Positions 20,227-29,837 of a stretch of DNA of 64,000 nucleotides are shown one piece after another; the stretch's first letter is position 1; every line of letters starts with the position of its first letter. The notes under the pieces were generated by a model. The model was not told the origin of the DNA. It was given only the letters and a program-made list of their open reading frames with translations, and made no database searches. Origin of the DNA: Candidatus Bathyarchaeia archaeon (lineage in GTDB: Archaea; Thermoproteota; Bathyarchaeia; Bathyarchaeales; Bathycorpusculaceae). The DNA is taken from NCBI GenBank assembly GCA_050012255.1, contig JBEKHN010000002.1:32001-96000 (forward strand), in the 5' to 3' direction. The position numbers and the translations under genes were made by a program.

Positions 20227-20550
20227 TTAACCGAAGAGGGCGCCTAGGCCTTCGAGCGCTGCTTCTTCCTTCTGTTTTTCTTCTTCTTTCTTCTTCTTCT
20301 CGTCTTCCTTCGGCTTCGCTTCTGCTGCTGGTGCAGCTGCGGCTACCGGGGCTGCGACTGGTGCTGCCATCATCGTTGGAGCAGACTTAATCGCTTCATC
20401 TATCTTCACTTCAGTCAGAGAAGCCACTAAGGCTTTGACGCGAACTGTGTCGGCGTTTATTCCCGCGGCTGTTAAAACCTGTGTCAGGTTTGTCTCGTTT
20501 ATCTCCTTTCCTGCCTTGTGGAGAAGCATTGCAGCGTAAATATATTCCAT
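20227..20550 (-). CDS. rpl12: 50S ribosomal stalk protein P1/L12
   Basis: [11 protein letters not shown] start and EGLGALFG end. Confidence 0.96.
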   Translation of the reverse strand: MEYIYAAMLLHKAGKEINETNLTQVLTAAGINADTVRVKALVASLTEVKIDEAIKSAPTMMAAPVAAPVAAAAPAAEAKPKEDEKKKKEEEKQKEEAALEGLGALFG

Positions 20551-20869
20551 ACCCTTTCACCTCTCACATCGACTATTTTAAGTTTTTTCAGTTGGCGCGG
20601 CCCTTTCCCTTAACGTTGGGACCCTAATACTTTATTCAATCCTATTAGCTAGGCTACTGTGCCTTGCTGCTACGCACTGCCTAACTTGGGCAGTCTTCCT
20701 TCACATACAAAATCCCATGATTTAAACTTTCTGTGCATAAAAAACTATGGAAGCTGGTATTTCGAGGAAAAGCTTCACTAAATGATAGCGCATTTTCTGT
20801 TTTCGAAGTCACAAACACTGAGAACTCGAGCGAATAATGTTTGGTAATTCCTGTTCTAAGGTGATTGGC

Positions 20870-20977
20870 CTAAAAGTCTTCTTCTCGTTCCATCGTGCTG
20901 TATGCCTTGTCTTCCTCTATGATCTTCTCTGTATCAGTCTGCGTTTCTTTTCTTTGCTTCTTTTTCTTTCTGCTCAT
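20870..20977 (-). CDS. Possible 35-aa small protein MSRKKKKQRKETQTDTEKIIEEDKAYSTMEREEDF
   Basis: Manual translation. Purine-rich, coding-like composition, but no recognised homology. Confidence 0.3.
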   Translation of the reverse strand: MSRKKKKQRKETQTDTEKIIEEDKAYSTMEREEDF

Positions 20978-21148
20978 CTATCTTTCCAGCTTGCTTCCGA
21001 TCTAGACTGCAGCGATCGTTGTTTGATGATTGCCAACAAAATAAAGATTGTCATTTTGGATAGATCTATGACCGCAAATCAATGTCAAAAGAAATATTTG
21101 GGTCAGCAAAATACTGGCAGACTGTGAGCCGGCGGAGGCTGGAACTGG

Positions 21149-21238
21149 TTACGCTGTCTTGCCAGAGTTTTCACCCAGAATTGTTGCATCAAGTATGTTT
21201 GTGATATCATCGTTATTGAGATCTCTGTTGGGATTCCA
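21149..21238 (-). pseudogene. Dockerin half-repeat relic
   Basis: Translates as WNPNRDLNNDDITNILDATILGENSGKTA*, matching the second dockerin repeat and C-terminus pattern seen at about 7410-7494. Confidence 0.65.
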
Positions 21239-21311
21239 TGATTGCTGATTCTGTTTCAAGCGTGCGGTATGAAGGAATCGTCGATTGAAAAGCGCATGAG
21301 GTAGGTCCTGA

Positions 21312-22163
21312 CTAGTGAGTTACCTTACTGTTTAGGCTTAGCATTTGAGCGTTTGCCTTCCTGAGCAGATCCTCTATTGTTTCTTTCGTGGGTATTGCCG
21401 CGCCCACTGAGAGAGCGTATGCTTCTCTGTGAGCGAGTTGTACCAGTATGACCATGTTTTCCTTGGTGGGATAACTGATGCTTAAGGACAGGGCAAAGGA
21501 TTCGGCGTAGGCACTTTCGACCTCATGTTTGGTTCCGTCAATATCAAGCTTGAGCTGTTCCTGTGTCACGATTAAGCCGTCGTCGAACGCTACGGTCAGC
21601 GCGAGTCCTGTTTCAACGGGTTTTATTCCGAGCTTTGACAGTATGCTGGCTAGCCTTTCGTTGATCTGTTCTCCTTTTCTGGCTACTAGCGTGTCCTTGT
21701 TTATCCAGACGCTTCCCGACTCGATTCGCGTTGGCAGGCCTACTGCGTTTAGTTGGCTGATTATGGGGCCTGGAGGTTGTCCAGTGTTTCCCGCTGGGAC
21801 TACAACGTCGAAGGCTGCTACGTCGCCTGACTTGGCGGTCGTTTTGACCTTTCCTCTTGCAAGGATCAGTGACAGCTTGAACGGGTTTAGGTTCGTGAAC
21901 ATGAAAACGTTTGACCCTTTGACGTGTTCTTCGAGTTTCTTCAGGTCGGGTCTTTCCTTACAGTTCTCGATGGCCAGCTTGATCAATGTGTTCTTCAAAA
22001 CTCGCATGTACACTTTGTCCGCCAGGTTTCTCTTGAACTCCTGCAGTTGAGCCGCTCTGACTTTCTGCAGGCTGGCGATTCCGATGATGCTGTAACCTTT
22101 GATGAGGTTGGTTATCTCTTCGACTTCCTTGGTCTTCTGTTGCAGAGCTTGTTTGGACGGCAT
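21312..22163 (-). CDS. rpl10: 50S ribosomal protein uL10 (P0)
   Basis: KNTL, PAGNTGQPPGP and KLGIKP motifs. Confidence 0.95.
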   Translation of the reverse strand: MPSKQALQQKTKEVEEITNLIKGYSIIGIASLQKVRAAQLQEFKRNLADKVYMRVLKNTLIKLAIENCKERPDLKKLEEHVKGSNVFMFTNLNPFKLSLILARGKVKTTAKSGDVAAFDVVVPAGNTGQPPGPIISQLNAVGLPTRIESGSVWINKDTLVARKGEQINERLASILSKLGIKPVETGLALTVAFDDGLIVTQEQLKLDIDGTKHEVESAYAESFALSLSISYPTKENMVILVQLAHREAYALSVGAAIPTKETIEDLLRKANAQMLSLNSKVTH

Positions 22164-22175
22164 CGGTTTTCCCTT

Positions 22176-22826
22176 CTATGGTTTGATCTTCACGGGCGCG
22201 CCCATGGCCGTTTTTATGTAGGCAAACTTGATGTTTTTCATTCCTTTCTTGAGTTTTCCCTCTACGACCCTTAGAACCGCTTGGATGTTCTCAGATATTT
22301 CCTCTTCCTTCATGTTTTCCATTCCGACGCGGTTTTGCAGGATGGGCTGGTTGCGCATTCTAACAATGATCGTCTTGCGGTGTTTAGCCAACAAGCCTGC
22401 AATGTCTGCTGACGGCGGGACGGGTATGGGCATCTTGCCCCTCGGACCTAGAACGGAGCCTAATGTTCTGCCTACCAGCGGCATCAGCGGCGCTTCGGCG
22501 ATGAAAAAGTCGTACGTGTTGGCTATCTTTCGCATCTCTTGTTTTTTGCCGGCCATGGCTTCAAGGTCGCTCTTTTCGACGACGCGGTCTGCGTTTGCCT
22601 TTCTCGCCTTCATCGCTAGTTCGCCGGAGGCGATGACGCAGATCGCGTTGGGTTTTTCGAGTGCGTACGGGAGTTCTACAACCTCTTGGATCTTGCTTTC
22701 AGGTGCTTTCATGTCGATGTCTTGCAGCTTCAGGATGAGCTCTACCGATTGGTTGAATTTTCTCTTCTGAGACTTTTCTTTTGCCTCTTTTACTGCAGCG
22801 AGGATCGTTTTTTGGTCTAAAGGCAT
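22176..22826 (-). CDS. rpl1: 50S ribosomal protein uL1
   Basis: KFNQSVEL, LGPRGKMP and KTAMG motifs. Confidence 0.96.
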   Translation of the reverse strand: MPLDQKTILAAVKEAKEKSQKRKFNQSVELILKLQDIDMKAPESKIQEVVELPYALEKPNAICVIASGELAMKARKANADRVVEKSDLEAMAGKKQEMRKIANTYDFFIAEAPLMPLVGRTLGSVLGPRGKMPIPVPPSADIAGLLAKHRKTIIVRMRNQPILQNRVGMENMKEEEISENIQAVLRVVEGKLKKGMKNIKFAYIKTAMGAPVKIKP

Positions 22827-22878
22827 CTAGAGGCCTCGTGCCATTGAGGAAATGATACGCGGTTATAAAAGTATTCTC

Positions 22879-23373
22879 TTATGCTTGGCTCTTGCTCAGC
22901 ATTTCGTCGTACTTGCCTTCGTCGAGCTCTCGTTGGACTTCGCGCGGGTCTTTGCCTTCAGCCGTCACTCCCATGCTGACGCAGACTCCTAGGATCTCCT
23001 TGGTTGCTCCTTTCAGGGTTTTTGACAGCAGTTCTGGACGCTTCATCTTGGCTATTCGTATCACTTGGTCTATGGTGAGGTTTCCAACCTTCTGCGTGCT
23101 CGGTGTGCCTGAGCCTTTCTCGACCTTGAGTTCGCTAACGATCAAGGCGGACGCCGTGGGTGTTCCAATGGTTACTTCAAACTGTTTGGTGTCAGGGTCG
23201 ACGATGACTTTGACTGGAACCTTCATTCCAGAATAGTCTTTTGTAAGCTCGTTTATCCTGTTCACGATTGCCATGACGTTTACGCCCAGCGGTCCGAGCG
23301 CTGGTCCCAGCGGGGGTCCTGCGTTTGCTTGTCCTCCGCTCACAAGCAGTTCTGTGACTTTCTTGTCGGCCAT
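22879..23373 (-). CDS. rpl11: 50S ribosomal protein uL11
   Basis: GPPLGPALGPLG motif. Confidence 0.96.
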   Translation of the reverse strand: MADKKVTELLVSGGQANAGPPLGPALGPLGVNVMAIVNRINELTKDYSGMKVPVKVIVDPDTKQFEVTIGTPTASALIVSELKVEKGSGTPSTQKVGNLTIDQVIRIAKMKRPELLSKTLKGATKEILGVCVSMGVTAEGKDPREVQRELDEGKYDEMLSKSQA

Positions 23374-23861
23374 TATGTTCCACCACGAGCAGCGGCCTTT
23401 GCTCTCTCCACCAGTTTAACGTACTCCGCGCTCACCGTTATGGGCAGGGTGAAAGTTGCTTCCAGCAGCTCAAGCGTGACTTCTTCCTTCGTCTTGTCAA
23501 TCCTGGTTATTTTTGCGCGCATGCCCTTGAAGGGTCCGCCGGTTACTTCGACTATGTCGCTTTCGTTCAACTCTTCTATGATCGGTTTCTTGACTATGTA
23601 TCTCTCAACTTCAGCAAAACTGACGATGCCTGGAACCCTTGAGCGCACGTGTTTTATGCCTCCTATGGCTTCCTCGACGAAGTGCGGGCCCTCAGCCTCT
23701 AAGAAGACGTATCCCTTCAGTGTTTCGGGCGCGAGAATTGCCTTTATCGGTATCTTGTTCATGGCAACCTTGGCTGCGACGAGTCTGGCAACGTTTCTTT
23801 CTTGACCCGTGGTTGTTTTCACTGCAAAGATCTTTGTGGTGTACTCCTCGGGTTTTTCCAT
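23373..23861 (-). CDS. spt5: Transcription elongation factor Spt5
   Basis: KTTTGQE, LKGYVFLEA and KOW GGPFKG. ATG 23861 chosen as start. Confidence 0.94.
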   Translation of the reverse strand: MEKPEEYTTKIFAVKTTTGQERNVARLVAAKVAMNKIPIKAILAPETLKGYVFLEAEGPHFVEEAIGGIKHVRSRVPGIVSFAEVERYIVKKPIIEELNESDIVEVTGGPFKGMRAKITRIDKTKEEVTLELLEATFTLPITVSAEYVKLVERAKAAARGGT

Positions 23862-23875
23862 CGAGTTTCTTCCTT

Positions 23876-24058
23876 CTAAGCCGCGGGGGTTCCTGGCTGC
23901 AGAACAGAGGACAACAGTTTGATGACAAAACCGATTAGTCCTATCGCTGCTATGCCCAAAAAGCATATTTTTATGGATAGCCAAAGCTCGCTTCTTCCAG
24001 GCTTAATAGCCAGCTTCAGCGTTCTTCCGCATTGAGCCAGGAAATCTCTCAAGCCCAT
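23876..24058 (-). CDS. secE: Protein translocase SecE/Sec61-gamma
   Basis: RTLKLAIKP..E plus one TM, in the conserved position upstream of spt5. Confidence 0.9.
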   Translation of the reverse strand: MGLRDFLAQCGRTLKLAIKPGRSELWLSIKICFLGIAAIGLIGFVIKLLSSVLQPGTPAA

Positions 24059-24181
24059 GTTTCATCGCACTCTCAGTATTTCAATTTGATATAAGGGTTA
24101 CTGTAGGCTCTGCTAGATAAAGACGCACATTTCTATTAACCTTTGCCTCTGGCTGACCCTTGCTCAAGAACGTGTTCAGTG

Positions 24182-25006
24182 CTAGGACTTCAGGAACGGC
24201 GTGCCCATTTCGTTCAGCATCTTGACCAATGGCGGTTTGTCTTCTCCTCTTATTCCCTTCCAGTCGAGAATCACAGTTTCGACCTTTTCCATCGTTCTTT
24301 CAACGCATTGTCTAAGGATGTTTGTATCGATCTTTGAAACCGAATACTTTGGAATCATGTGTCCGAAAGCCAACTCTTTCTCCAACGCCATTCGAGTGAA
24401 CCTGCTATTGTAGTGTGGTCCGCCTATGCCCACGACTGCTTTGACTGAATGTTGGTCGAACCTTTGAACCGTTTCTATCGTCGCATGTGCGACGGCTTCA
24501 GCGGCTCTCGTGTCACTCCACTGTTTAGGTGAGCTGCCAAGCTCGGCGAACATCGTGGGAACGTCTAAGGAGGGTCCGTGATGCGTGCACTCGTAGGATA
24601 CTTCATAGTCGAGCTGCATCTCTTCCTTGAGTTTCATCATGGTCTTCAAAGCTTCTCTCATCGGGTTCGCAGGGGAGACAGACACTTTTCTCGGGATTCC
24701 GCCTAGCTCTGCTTCGGCTAGGTTGCCCGGCGTGTGCACCGACAGTGTTGGGGTTCCGCTGACGCTGCTGTGTCTTGAGACAAAGATAATGAGTTCCAGT
24801 CTGTTGAACGCGTTTGGCAGGGTTTGTGCGCGGACCGATTCCTCGTTCAAGGTTATGAGTTCTACGTTCTTGTTATCGATTGTAGCCTCGTACGTTGGGT
24901 TTGCCTGAAATCTTCGAGTTGTTTCTCTGAAATCGTAATGAGTCAAGATCTGTTTTTGGATGTTTAGACTTGCCACGTCCTTGTTTGAGGCGACGATCAG
25001 TATCAT
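24182..25006 (-). CDS. dtdA: D-aminoacyl-tRNA deacylase (DTD2)
   Basis: SRHSS, VHTPGN, ECTHHGPS, ELGS and GGPHY motifs. Confidence 0.9.
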   Translation of the reverse strand: MILIVASNKDVASLNIQKQILTHYDFRETTRRFQANPTYEATIDNKNVELITLNEESVRAQTLPNAFNRLELIIFVSRHSSVSGTPTLSVHTPGNLAEAELGGIPRKVSVSPANPMREALKTMMKLKEEMQLDYEVSYECTHHGPSLDVPTMFAELGSSPKQWSDTRAAEAVAHATIETVQRFDQHSVKAVVGIGGPHYNSRFTRMALEKELAFGHMIPKYSVSKIDTNILRQCVERTMEKVETVILDWKGIRGEDKPPLVKMLNEMGTPFLKS

Positions 25007-25114
25007 TCGTTGCGCTTCCGGAATACGATGCGAGTTTCTAGAGATATGGTTTCCATAAAGCTTATAATAGTTGAAGGTGGTTCAACGCTTAAAAGTTTGG
25101 AAACGGGTGGAAAC

Positions 25115-26029
25115 GTGCATTTACTTAATTTCAAAGAATTGACTGGTCAAAAGCTGGCAGAGATGATAGATAAGGGTATTGAGGTTAAACATGCTTCAGA
25201 ACATTATCGAAAGGCCTTGAAAGGCAAGTCGTCAGCCTTGATCTTTCAGAAAACTTCGACCAGAACTCGAGTTTCCTTCGAGGTGGCCATGACCCAGCTT
25301 GGCGGTCACGCACTCTTCATCGATTGGAGAACGACGAACTTTGCTCTGGCGGACCTGAGTGATGAGACTCAGTATCTGTCCCGAAACGTTGACTGCATCA
25401 TGGCTAGGCTGATGAGAAACGCGGACTTGCAGACTATGGCCAAGGCTTCCAGGGTTCCGGTGATTAATGGTTGTGACGAGAAGTACCATCCAAGCCAGGC
25501 GGTAGCCGACTTAATCACGGTGAAGGAAAAGAAGGGAAAGTTCAAGGGCGTCAAGCTTGTTTACGTGGGAATCCACAACAACGTTTGCAATTCACTCATC
25601 GAAGGTTGCACGAAGACCGGTGTCAAAATAACCACTGTGACGCCCGTGTTCAATGAGCCAAGCAGGGACGATGAGCTTCTGGAGAACGCTAGGAAGACGG
25701 GGCTTTGGGAAACCTCGACGGATGTGAATGAAGTTGTCAGAGACGCGGACTTCGTTTACACTGACACGTGGGTTGACATGGAGTTCTTCACTGACCCGAA
25801 GTTTGCGGCAGAGAGGGAGAAACGCGTCAAACTGATGATGCCCTGCCAGATCAACAAGGAGTTGCTGAAGAACAGCAGTGCCTACGTGATGCATGACATG
25901 CCTATTCACAGAGGATACGAAATAACCGGGGATGTTGTTGAAAGCTCAAAGTCGGTGATATACGAGCAGAGCGAGAACAGGCTTTACTCTGCGAAAACCA
26001 TTCTGTTGAAACTGTTGGGGAAATACTAG
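25115..26029 (+). CDS. argF: Ornithine carbamoyltransferase family protein
   Basis: STRTR, HPSQ, HDMP and QSENR motifs. GTG 25115 preferred as start. Confidence 0.85.
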   Translation: MHLLNFKELTGQKLAEMIDKGIEVKHASEHYRKALKGKSSALIFQKTSTRTRVSFEVAMTQLGGHALFIDWRTTNFALADLSDETQYLSRNVDCIMARLMRNADLQTMAKASRVPVINGCDEKYHPSQAVADLITVKEKKGKFKGVKLVYVGIHNNVCNSLIEGCTKTGVKITTVTPVFNEPSRDDELLENARKTGLWETSTDVNEVVRDADFVYTDTWVDMEFFTDPKFAAEREKRVKLMMPCQINKELLKNSSAYVMHDMPIHRGYEITGDVVESSKSVIYEQSENRLYSAKTILLKLLGKY

Positions 26030-26065
26030 CTATTCGATGATTCGCACGTGGCGAACCTGTCTTCT

Positions 26066-26974
26066 CTATTGTTTCAGAATCATCTGCACGAAGGTTTCCG
26101 GCTTAAACTCTTCCAGGTCGTCGTATTTTTGTCCAGTTCCGATGAACAGTATTGGCTTTTGAGTGACGTACGTGACGCTTAAGGCTGCGCCGCCTTTAAC
26201 GTCGGCGTCCACTTTGGTCAGTATGGTGCCGTCTATTCCAACGCATTTCTGAAACTCTTCTGCCTGCGTGACGGCGTCGTTTCCGATAAGCGAATCCACG
26301 GTTAGTATCGTTAGGTCTGGCTTCACGACGCGCTTGATCTTTGCAAGTTCGTTCATCAGGTTCTGATTTGTCTGCATTCTTCCCGCCGTGTCGATTAGGA
26401 CGACATTTATTCCGTAGGCCTTGGCGTGGTTGATGGTGTCGTAGGCCACGGCTGCGGGGTCCGCGCCGTACGCGTGTTTTATCATCTTTGTGCCGAGCCT
26501 CTTTGCGTGTTCTTCTAGCTGTTCGATCGAGCCAGCTCGGTACGTGTCGCTGCAGGCTATGACGGCTGAATATTTGTTCTTGTTGAGGAAGCGGCAGACT
26601 TTGGCGATGGTTGTGGTTTTTCCGGTGCCGTTTATGCCGACGAAGACTATGACGAATGGTTCTGCTTTCTTGCGTTTATCCTCGATGGCCTTCAACAAGT
26701 CGATCTTGTTGTTTGTCTGCATAGTCTCCAGGAGCACCTCTCGCAGGTTTTTCTCCACGATCTTCTTTCGGTCTTCTATCCTTTTGACTTGAACGTTGTT
26801 CAGCCGTTGCTCCATCTCACTGCATATTCGTTCGGCCACTGGAAAAGCCACGTCGTTCTCCACGAGGTTCATTTTGAAATCAGAAAGTATCGGGCGCACG
26901 TTTTCGGGTTTCAGCTCGGTTGTGGTCACTTTGGTTACAAGTCCCTTCAGCCCGGACTTGAGTTTTTCAAACAT
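26066..26974 (-). CDS. ftsY: SRP receptor FtsY
   Basis: GINGTGKTT, DTAGR and TKVD..KGG motifs. Confidence 0.95.
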   Translation of the reverse strand: MFEKLKSGLKGLVTKVTTTELKPENVRPILSDFKMNLVENDVAFPVAERICSEMEQRLNNVQVKRIEDRKKIVEKNLREVLLETMQTNNKIDLLKAIEDKRKKAEPFVIVFVGINGTGKTTTIAKVCRFLNKNKYSAVIACSDTYRAGSIEQLEEHAKRLGTKMIKHAYGADPAAVAYDTINHAKAYGINVVLIDTAGRMQTNQNLMNELAKIKRVVKPDLTILTVDSLIGNDAVTQAEEFQKCVGIDGTILTKVDADVKGGAALSVTYVTQKPILFIGTGQKYDDLEEFKPETFVQMILKQ

Positions 26975-26975
26975 T

Positions 26976-27434
26976 TTACTGAGGTTTCCCTTCTCTCATC
27001 GTTGCAACCAGTGCATCGGCTTTTTCTCTGTCCAGGTTGATCTTTTCTGCGACTTGGGTGAACTGCTGCTGTATTGAGGCTCTGGTTTTTTCCAGGTCTT
27101 CTAGACGCTTTTTGATGATTTCTTTTGCCTCTTCCCTTGTTTTTTCAACCGAGACTCCTGCGCCCATCCCCACGATTATCTTGTCCGGATTTTCGAGTCT
27201 TGCCCTGACGTAGGACGTGCCGCCTATCGGCACGAGAAGCTCTGATTTTTCACTCTCTTTTTCGAGTCCTTCCAGCGTCATACGGGCGTAGGACAGGTCG
27301 GAGGTGACGGCGTTTATCATGTTTGCTCTTGACTGCAATGCTTCGGCCGTCTGTTCAAGAAGTCGCATTTCCACGGTCAGTCTTCGAAGCTCTTCTTCAC
27401 TTTTGCTTGCCAACTTCTTCTTCTCCCGTGACAA
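26976..27434 (-). CDS. pfdA: Prefoldin alpha subunit
   Basis: LLVPIGG..GMGAGVSVEK. Start probably TTG at about 27413. Confidence 0.92.
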   Translation of the reverse strand: MSREKKKLASKSEEELRRLTVEMRLLEQTAEALQSRANMINAVTSDLSYARMTLEGLEKESEKSELLVPIGGTSYVRARLENPDKIIVGMGAGVSVEKTREEAKEIIKKRLEDLEKTRASIQQQFTQVAEKINLDREKADALVATMREGKPQ

Positions 27435-27654
27435 ACTTCTTCAACAGTGGGTTCTCAATGTTCTCGGGCGAAACCTCTTCAACGCTTGTTATCTTGATGT
27501 GAAAACGCTTCACCCGGTGTTTGCTGCCCAACTCTGCGTAAACTTTTTCCCTGGCGTGCTCGGGCTTCTCAGCCAATATCTCTTTTCTGAACGAGCTCTT
27601 CAGGTTGGGCTTCAGAATTTCACCGGTGACTCTGTAGACTTTCAACCTGGTCAT
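27397..27654 (-). CDS. rpl18a: 50S ribosomal protein eL20 (L18a/LX)
   Basis: EKVYAELGSKHRVKR motif. Confidence 0.92.
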   Translation of the reverse strand: MTRLKVYRVTGEILKPNLKSSFRKEILAEKPEHAREKVYAELGSKHRVKRFHIKITSVEEVSPENIENPLLKKFVTGEEEVGKQK

Positions 27655-28327
27655 CCTCTTTTACAACATCCAATGCATTGCCTATTATAAATATCTCGGG
27701 TCCGGTTGTGAGTAACCCTGCGATGGCCGCGTGTTGGTTGCAGATCAAACCTGTGCCGACATACGGAATGCCGCAGTTGACGGTGCCGACGTCGACTGGG
27801 ACCTTCAGCAAGTCTTCAAGAAGCTTGCGCTCCGAGTCTTTCAACAACGGATGTGCTAAAACTCCCTTGTTCGTTGCAACGGCCAACGAACCTACGTAGG
27901 GCAGGCCTGCGATCTCGCCTCGTGCAACTTCGACGCCCAGAGTTTCGGAAATCTCCTGTATTTCTGGGCTTTTGAACTGGGGGTCCACTATGGCACCATG
28001 GTCGTTGGCGAGGACAAGGTTTCCATACGCGGTTTTCTTGGTGTCCATCACGGTTATGTTTCCTTCAAAACATCGTCGTATAACCGTGAGTTCTTCTTCT
28101 CTCATGAAGTTTGGGAGCAGAATTCCGTTGGAGTTTGCGCACGCGAGTGCTCCGGCGAGGATTGATCCCCCGATTGACGTGCGCACCAGCTTTGTTTTCA
28201 ACCATTGACTGAGCCTTTCGGCTTTCTTAAACGGCACTGAGCATGGAGCTATGAAGATTCTGTCGGTGACGAGGGAGTAAACACCTATGCTTGCGCTACT
28301 CAAAAGGCTTGACAGGTAAATGGCCAA
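27620..28327 (-). CDS. eif6: Translation initiation factor 6
   Basis: GNLVLAND, GSLAVATNKG, GTVNCG and TTGPE motifs. Confidence 0.92.
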   Translation of the reverse strand: MAIYLSSLLSSASIGVYSLVTDRIFIAPCSVPFKKAERLSQWLKTKLVRTSIGGSILAGALACANSNGILLPNFMREEELTVIRRCFEGNITVMDTKKTAYGNLVLANDHGAIVDPQFKSPEIQEISETLGVEVARGEIAGLPYVGSLAVATNKGVLAHPLLKDSERKLLEDLLKVPVDVGTVNCGIPYVGTGLICNQHAAIAGLLTTGPEIFIIGNALDVVKEDDQVESLQSHR

Positions 28328-28330
28328 GGA

Positions 28331-28870
28331 CTAATCTCCTTCAGCCAAATAAACCGTCACGTTTCCTTCTTTGTCCTTTGCGGCTCGAACCCGGATTTTT
28401 CTCGGAGGTTTCTCTATCCCCCTCTTCCACATCTTCTCGTTAACTTCATTGCTTATGATGAGCTGCTTGGGCTCTTCCTCTTCTGCCTCTCCTTCCTTGC
28501 GTGCCTCCAGCTTCATGTGCTTGATTATGAAGCTCCTGAGCATCCGCACTGCCCTTGAGGCCCTCTTGTTAGGAGGCACGATTCGAGCTTTGCCCAGCGG
28601 AACCGTGTATATTCGCTCCTCAACTATCTCTTCTTCAGGCTTCTTTTTTTCAGCGGGCGGCTTTGCTTTTTCTTCTTCGGCAGGTGCAGGCACCTCTTCT
28701 TCTTTTGCTTCGGCGCCAGCTTCTTCCGGTGGAACCGGCTGCACTTCTTCTTCAGGTGCTTCTTCGGCTTCTTCTGCCTCTTCCTCCAGCTCCTGCTCTT
28801 CCATGGTTTCGGCAGGTTCTTTTTGCTTCTCCTCGGTCTTCAAGGCTTGTTTTTCGTTCTCTTTCTCCAT
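28331..28870 (-). CDS. rpl31e: 50S ribosomal protein eL31 with long acidic N-terminal extension
   Basis: ERIYTVPL..RAVR..HMK..RGIEKPPRKIRV. Start at ATG 28870. Confidence 0.92.
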   Translation of the reverse strand: MEKENEKQALKTEEKQKEPAETMEEQELEEEAEEAEEAPEEEVQPVPPEEAGAEAKEEEVPAPAEEEKAKPPAEKKKPEEEIVEERIYTVPLGKARIVPPNKRASRAVRMLRSFIIKHMKLEARKEGEAEEEEPKQLIISNEVNEKMWKRGIEKPPRKIRVRAAKDKEGNVTVYLAEGD

Positions 28871-28881
28871 GAAGCGTTCTC

Positions 28882-29037
28882 CTACGCTCTTATTTTCCTT
28901 GTTCGCCACTGTCTCCTCTTGGGGTGGACTCTGAACTTTCCGGCTGTTCTGGCTATGGCCCATGAGGGAACGGGTTTCTTCTGCTTTCCCGCTTTGGCAA
29001 GCCTGCGTTTTTTTGCTGTCGGTTTGTTTCGAGTCAT
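28882..29037 (-). CDS. rpl39e: 50S ribosomal protein eL39 (absent from the ORF track)
   Basis: Manual translation MTRNKPTAKKRRLAKAGKQKKPVPSWAIART..HPKRRQWRTRKIRA. Confidence 0.93.
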   Translation of the reverse strand: MTRNKPTAKKRRLAKAGKQKKPVPSWAIARTAGKFRVHPKRRQWRTRKIRA

Positions 29038-29039
29038 CT

Positions 29040-29369
29040 TCATCTTCTCGTTATCGTAGTCTCACGCTTGCGAGCTTGGAGTTGAATGAGTATCTTCTTC
29101 AGCTGCTCGTCCGTTAAGGGTATCGGCACTTTTCTCTGCTGCGCCAACTGGATCAGTTGAAGCTCCAGCTGTGCAGTGAAATCCGGCCTGACCATCTTAA
29201 GGTTCGCCAGTCTCTGTCTGGCTTCCGGCGTCAGTATGCTTCTCAGCAGTGCTTGCTTCTGTTGTTCCAGCTGCTGCTCAGCCTGCATGCCCCGCTGTTC
29301 ATCACCCATCTGCTTCTGCAGGGCTGAAAGTCTTCTTCTGCGAAGCTCCTCCAGCTCTTCCTCTGACAC
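29040..29369 (-). CDS. PDCD5-like DNA-binding protein
   Basis: ILTPEARQRLANLKMVRP motif and conserved synteny. Confidence 0.92.
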   Translation of the reverse strand: MSEEELEELRRRRLSALQKQMGDEQRGMQAEQQLEQQKQALLRSILTPEARQRLANLKMVRPDFTAQLELQLIQLAQQRKVPIPLTDEQLKKILIQLQARKRETTITRR

Positions 29370-29837
29370 TCACTCACCTTTCAGATACTTCTGGAGTTCC
29401 GGAAGCTCCTTGACCATTTCTCTGCCGAGCTCTTCAGTCAATTCCTTCAAAAGTTTCAATCCGGCAGGCGTCACCTTTCTGCCGCGCGGCCTCACCGTTT
29501 CAACATAGCCTGCAGCTTCAAGCTGCTGCAGTGCTTTTCTTATTATCGAACCGCCTGCCTTTGCTGCACGCCGAGGTTTGACGCCTCTGCTCTTTCTCCC
29601 ACCATAATTCGCCCTCAGTTCTTGGATGCCCACAGGGCCGTGAACGTAGAGCTTTCGCAGTATCGAGGCGCACCTAACGTACCACCAGTCTGGGTTCTGA
29701 GGCTGCTGCTGCACGTGAACACCCGTCTTCACGATGGTCGCCCATGGTGGCGGCGTTACGGCGTCCACGTTTTCCTTCAGGTACTTGGCTAGTCTTTCGA
29801 TTAGTTTGGATGCTGGGACGTCGTTTGGGGTGACCAA
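29370..29837 (-). CDS. rps19e: 30S ribosomal protein eS19
   Basis: DWWYVRCASILRK and IIRKALQQLE motifs. TTG 29837 preferred as start. Confidence 0.95.
   Translation of the reverse strand: MVTPNDVPASKLIERLAKYLKENVDAVTPPPWATIVKTGVHVQQQPQNPDWWYVRCASILRKLYVHGPVGIQELRANYGGRKSRGVKPRRAAKAGGSIIRKALQQLEAAGYVETVRPRGRKVTPAGLKLLKELTEELGREMVKELPELQKYLKGE

Noticed and set aside
21149-21314. Readthrough fusion of uL10 to the dockerin relic
   Set aside because: The relic is in a different frame and no slippery site is evident.
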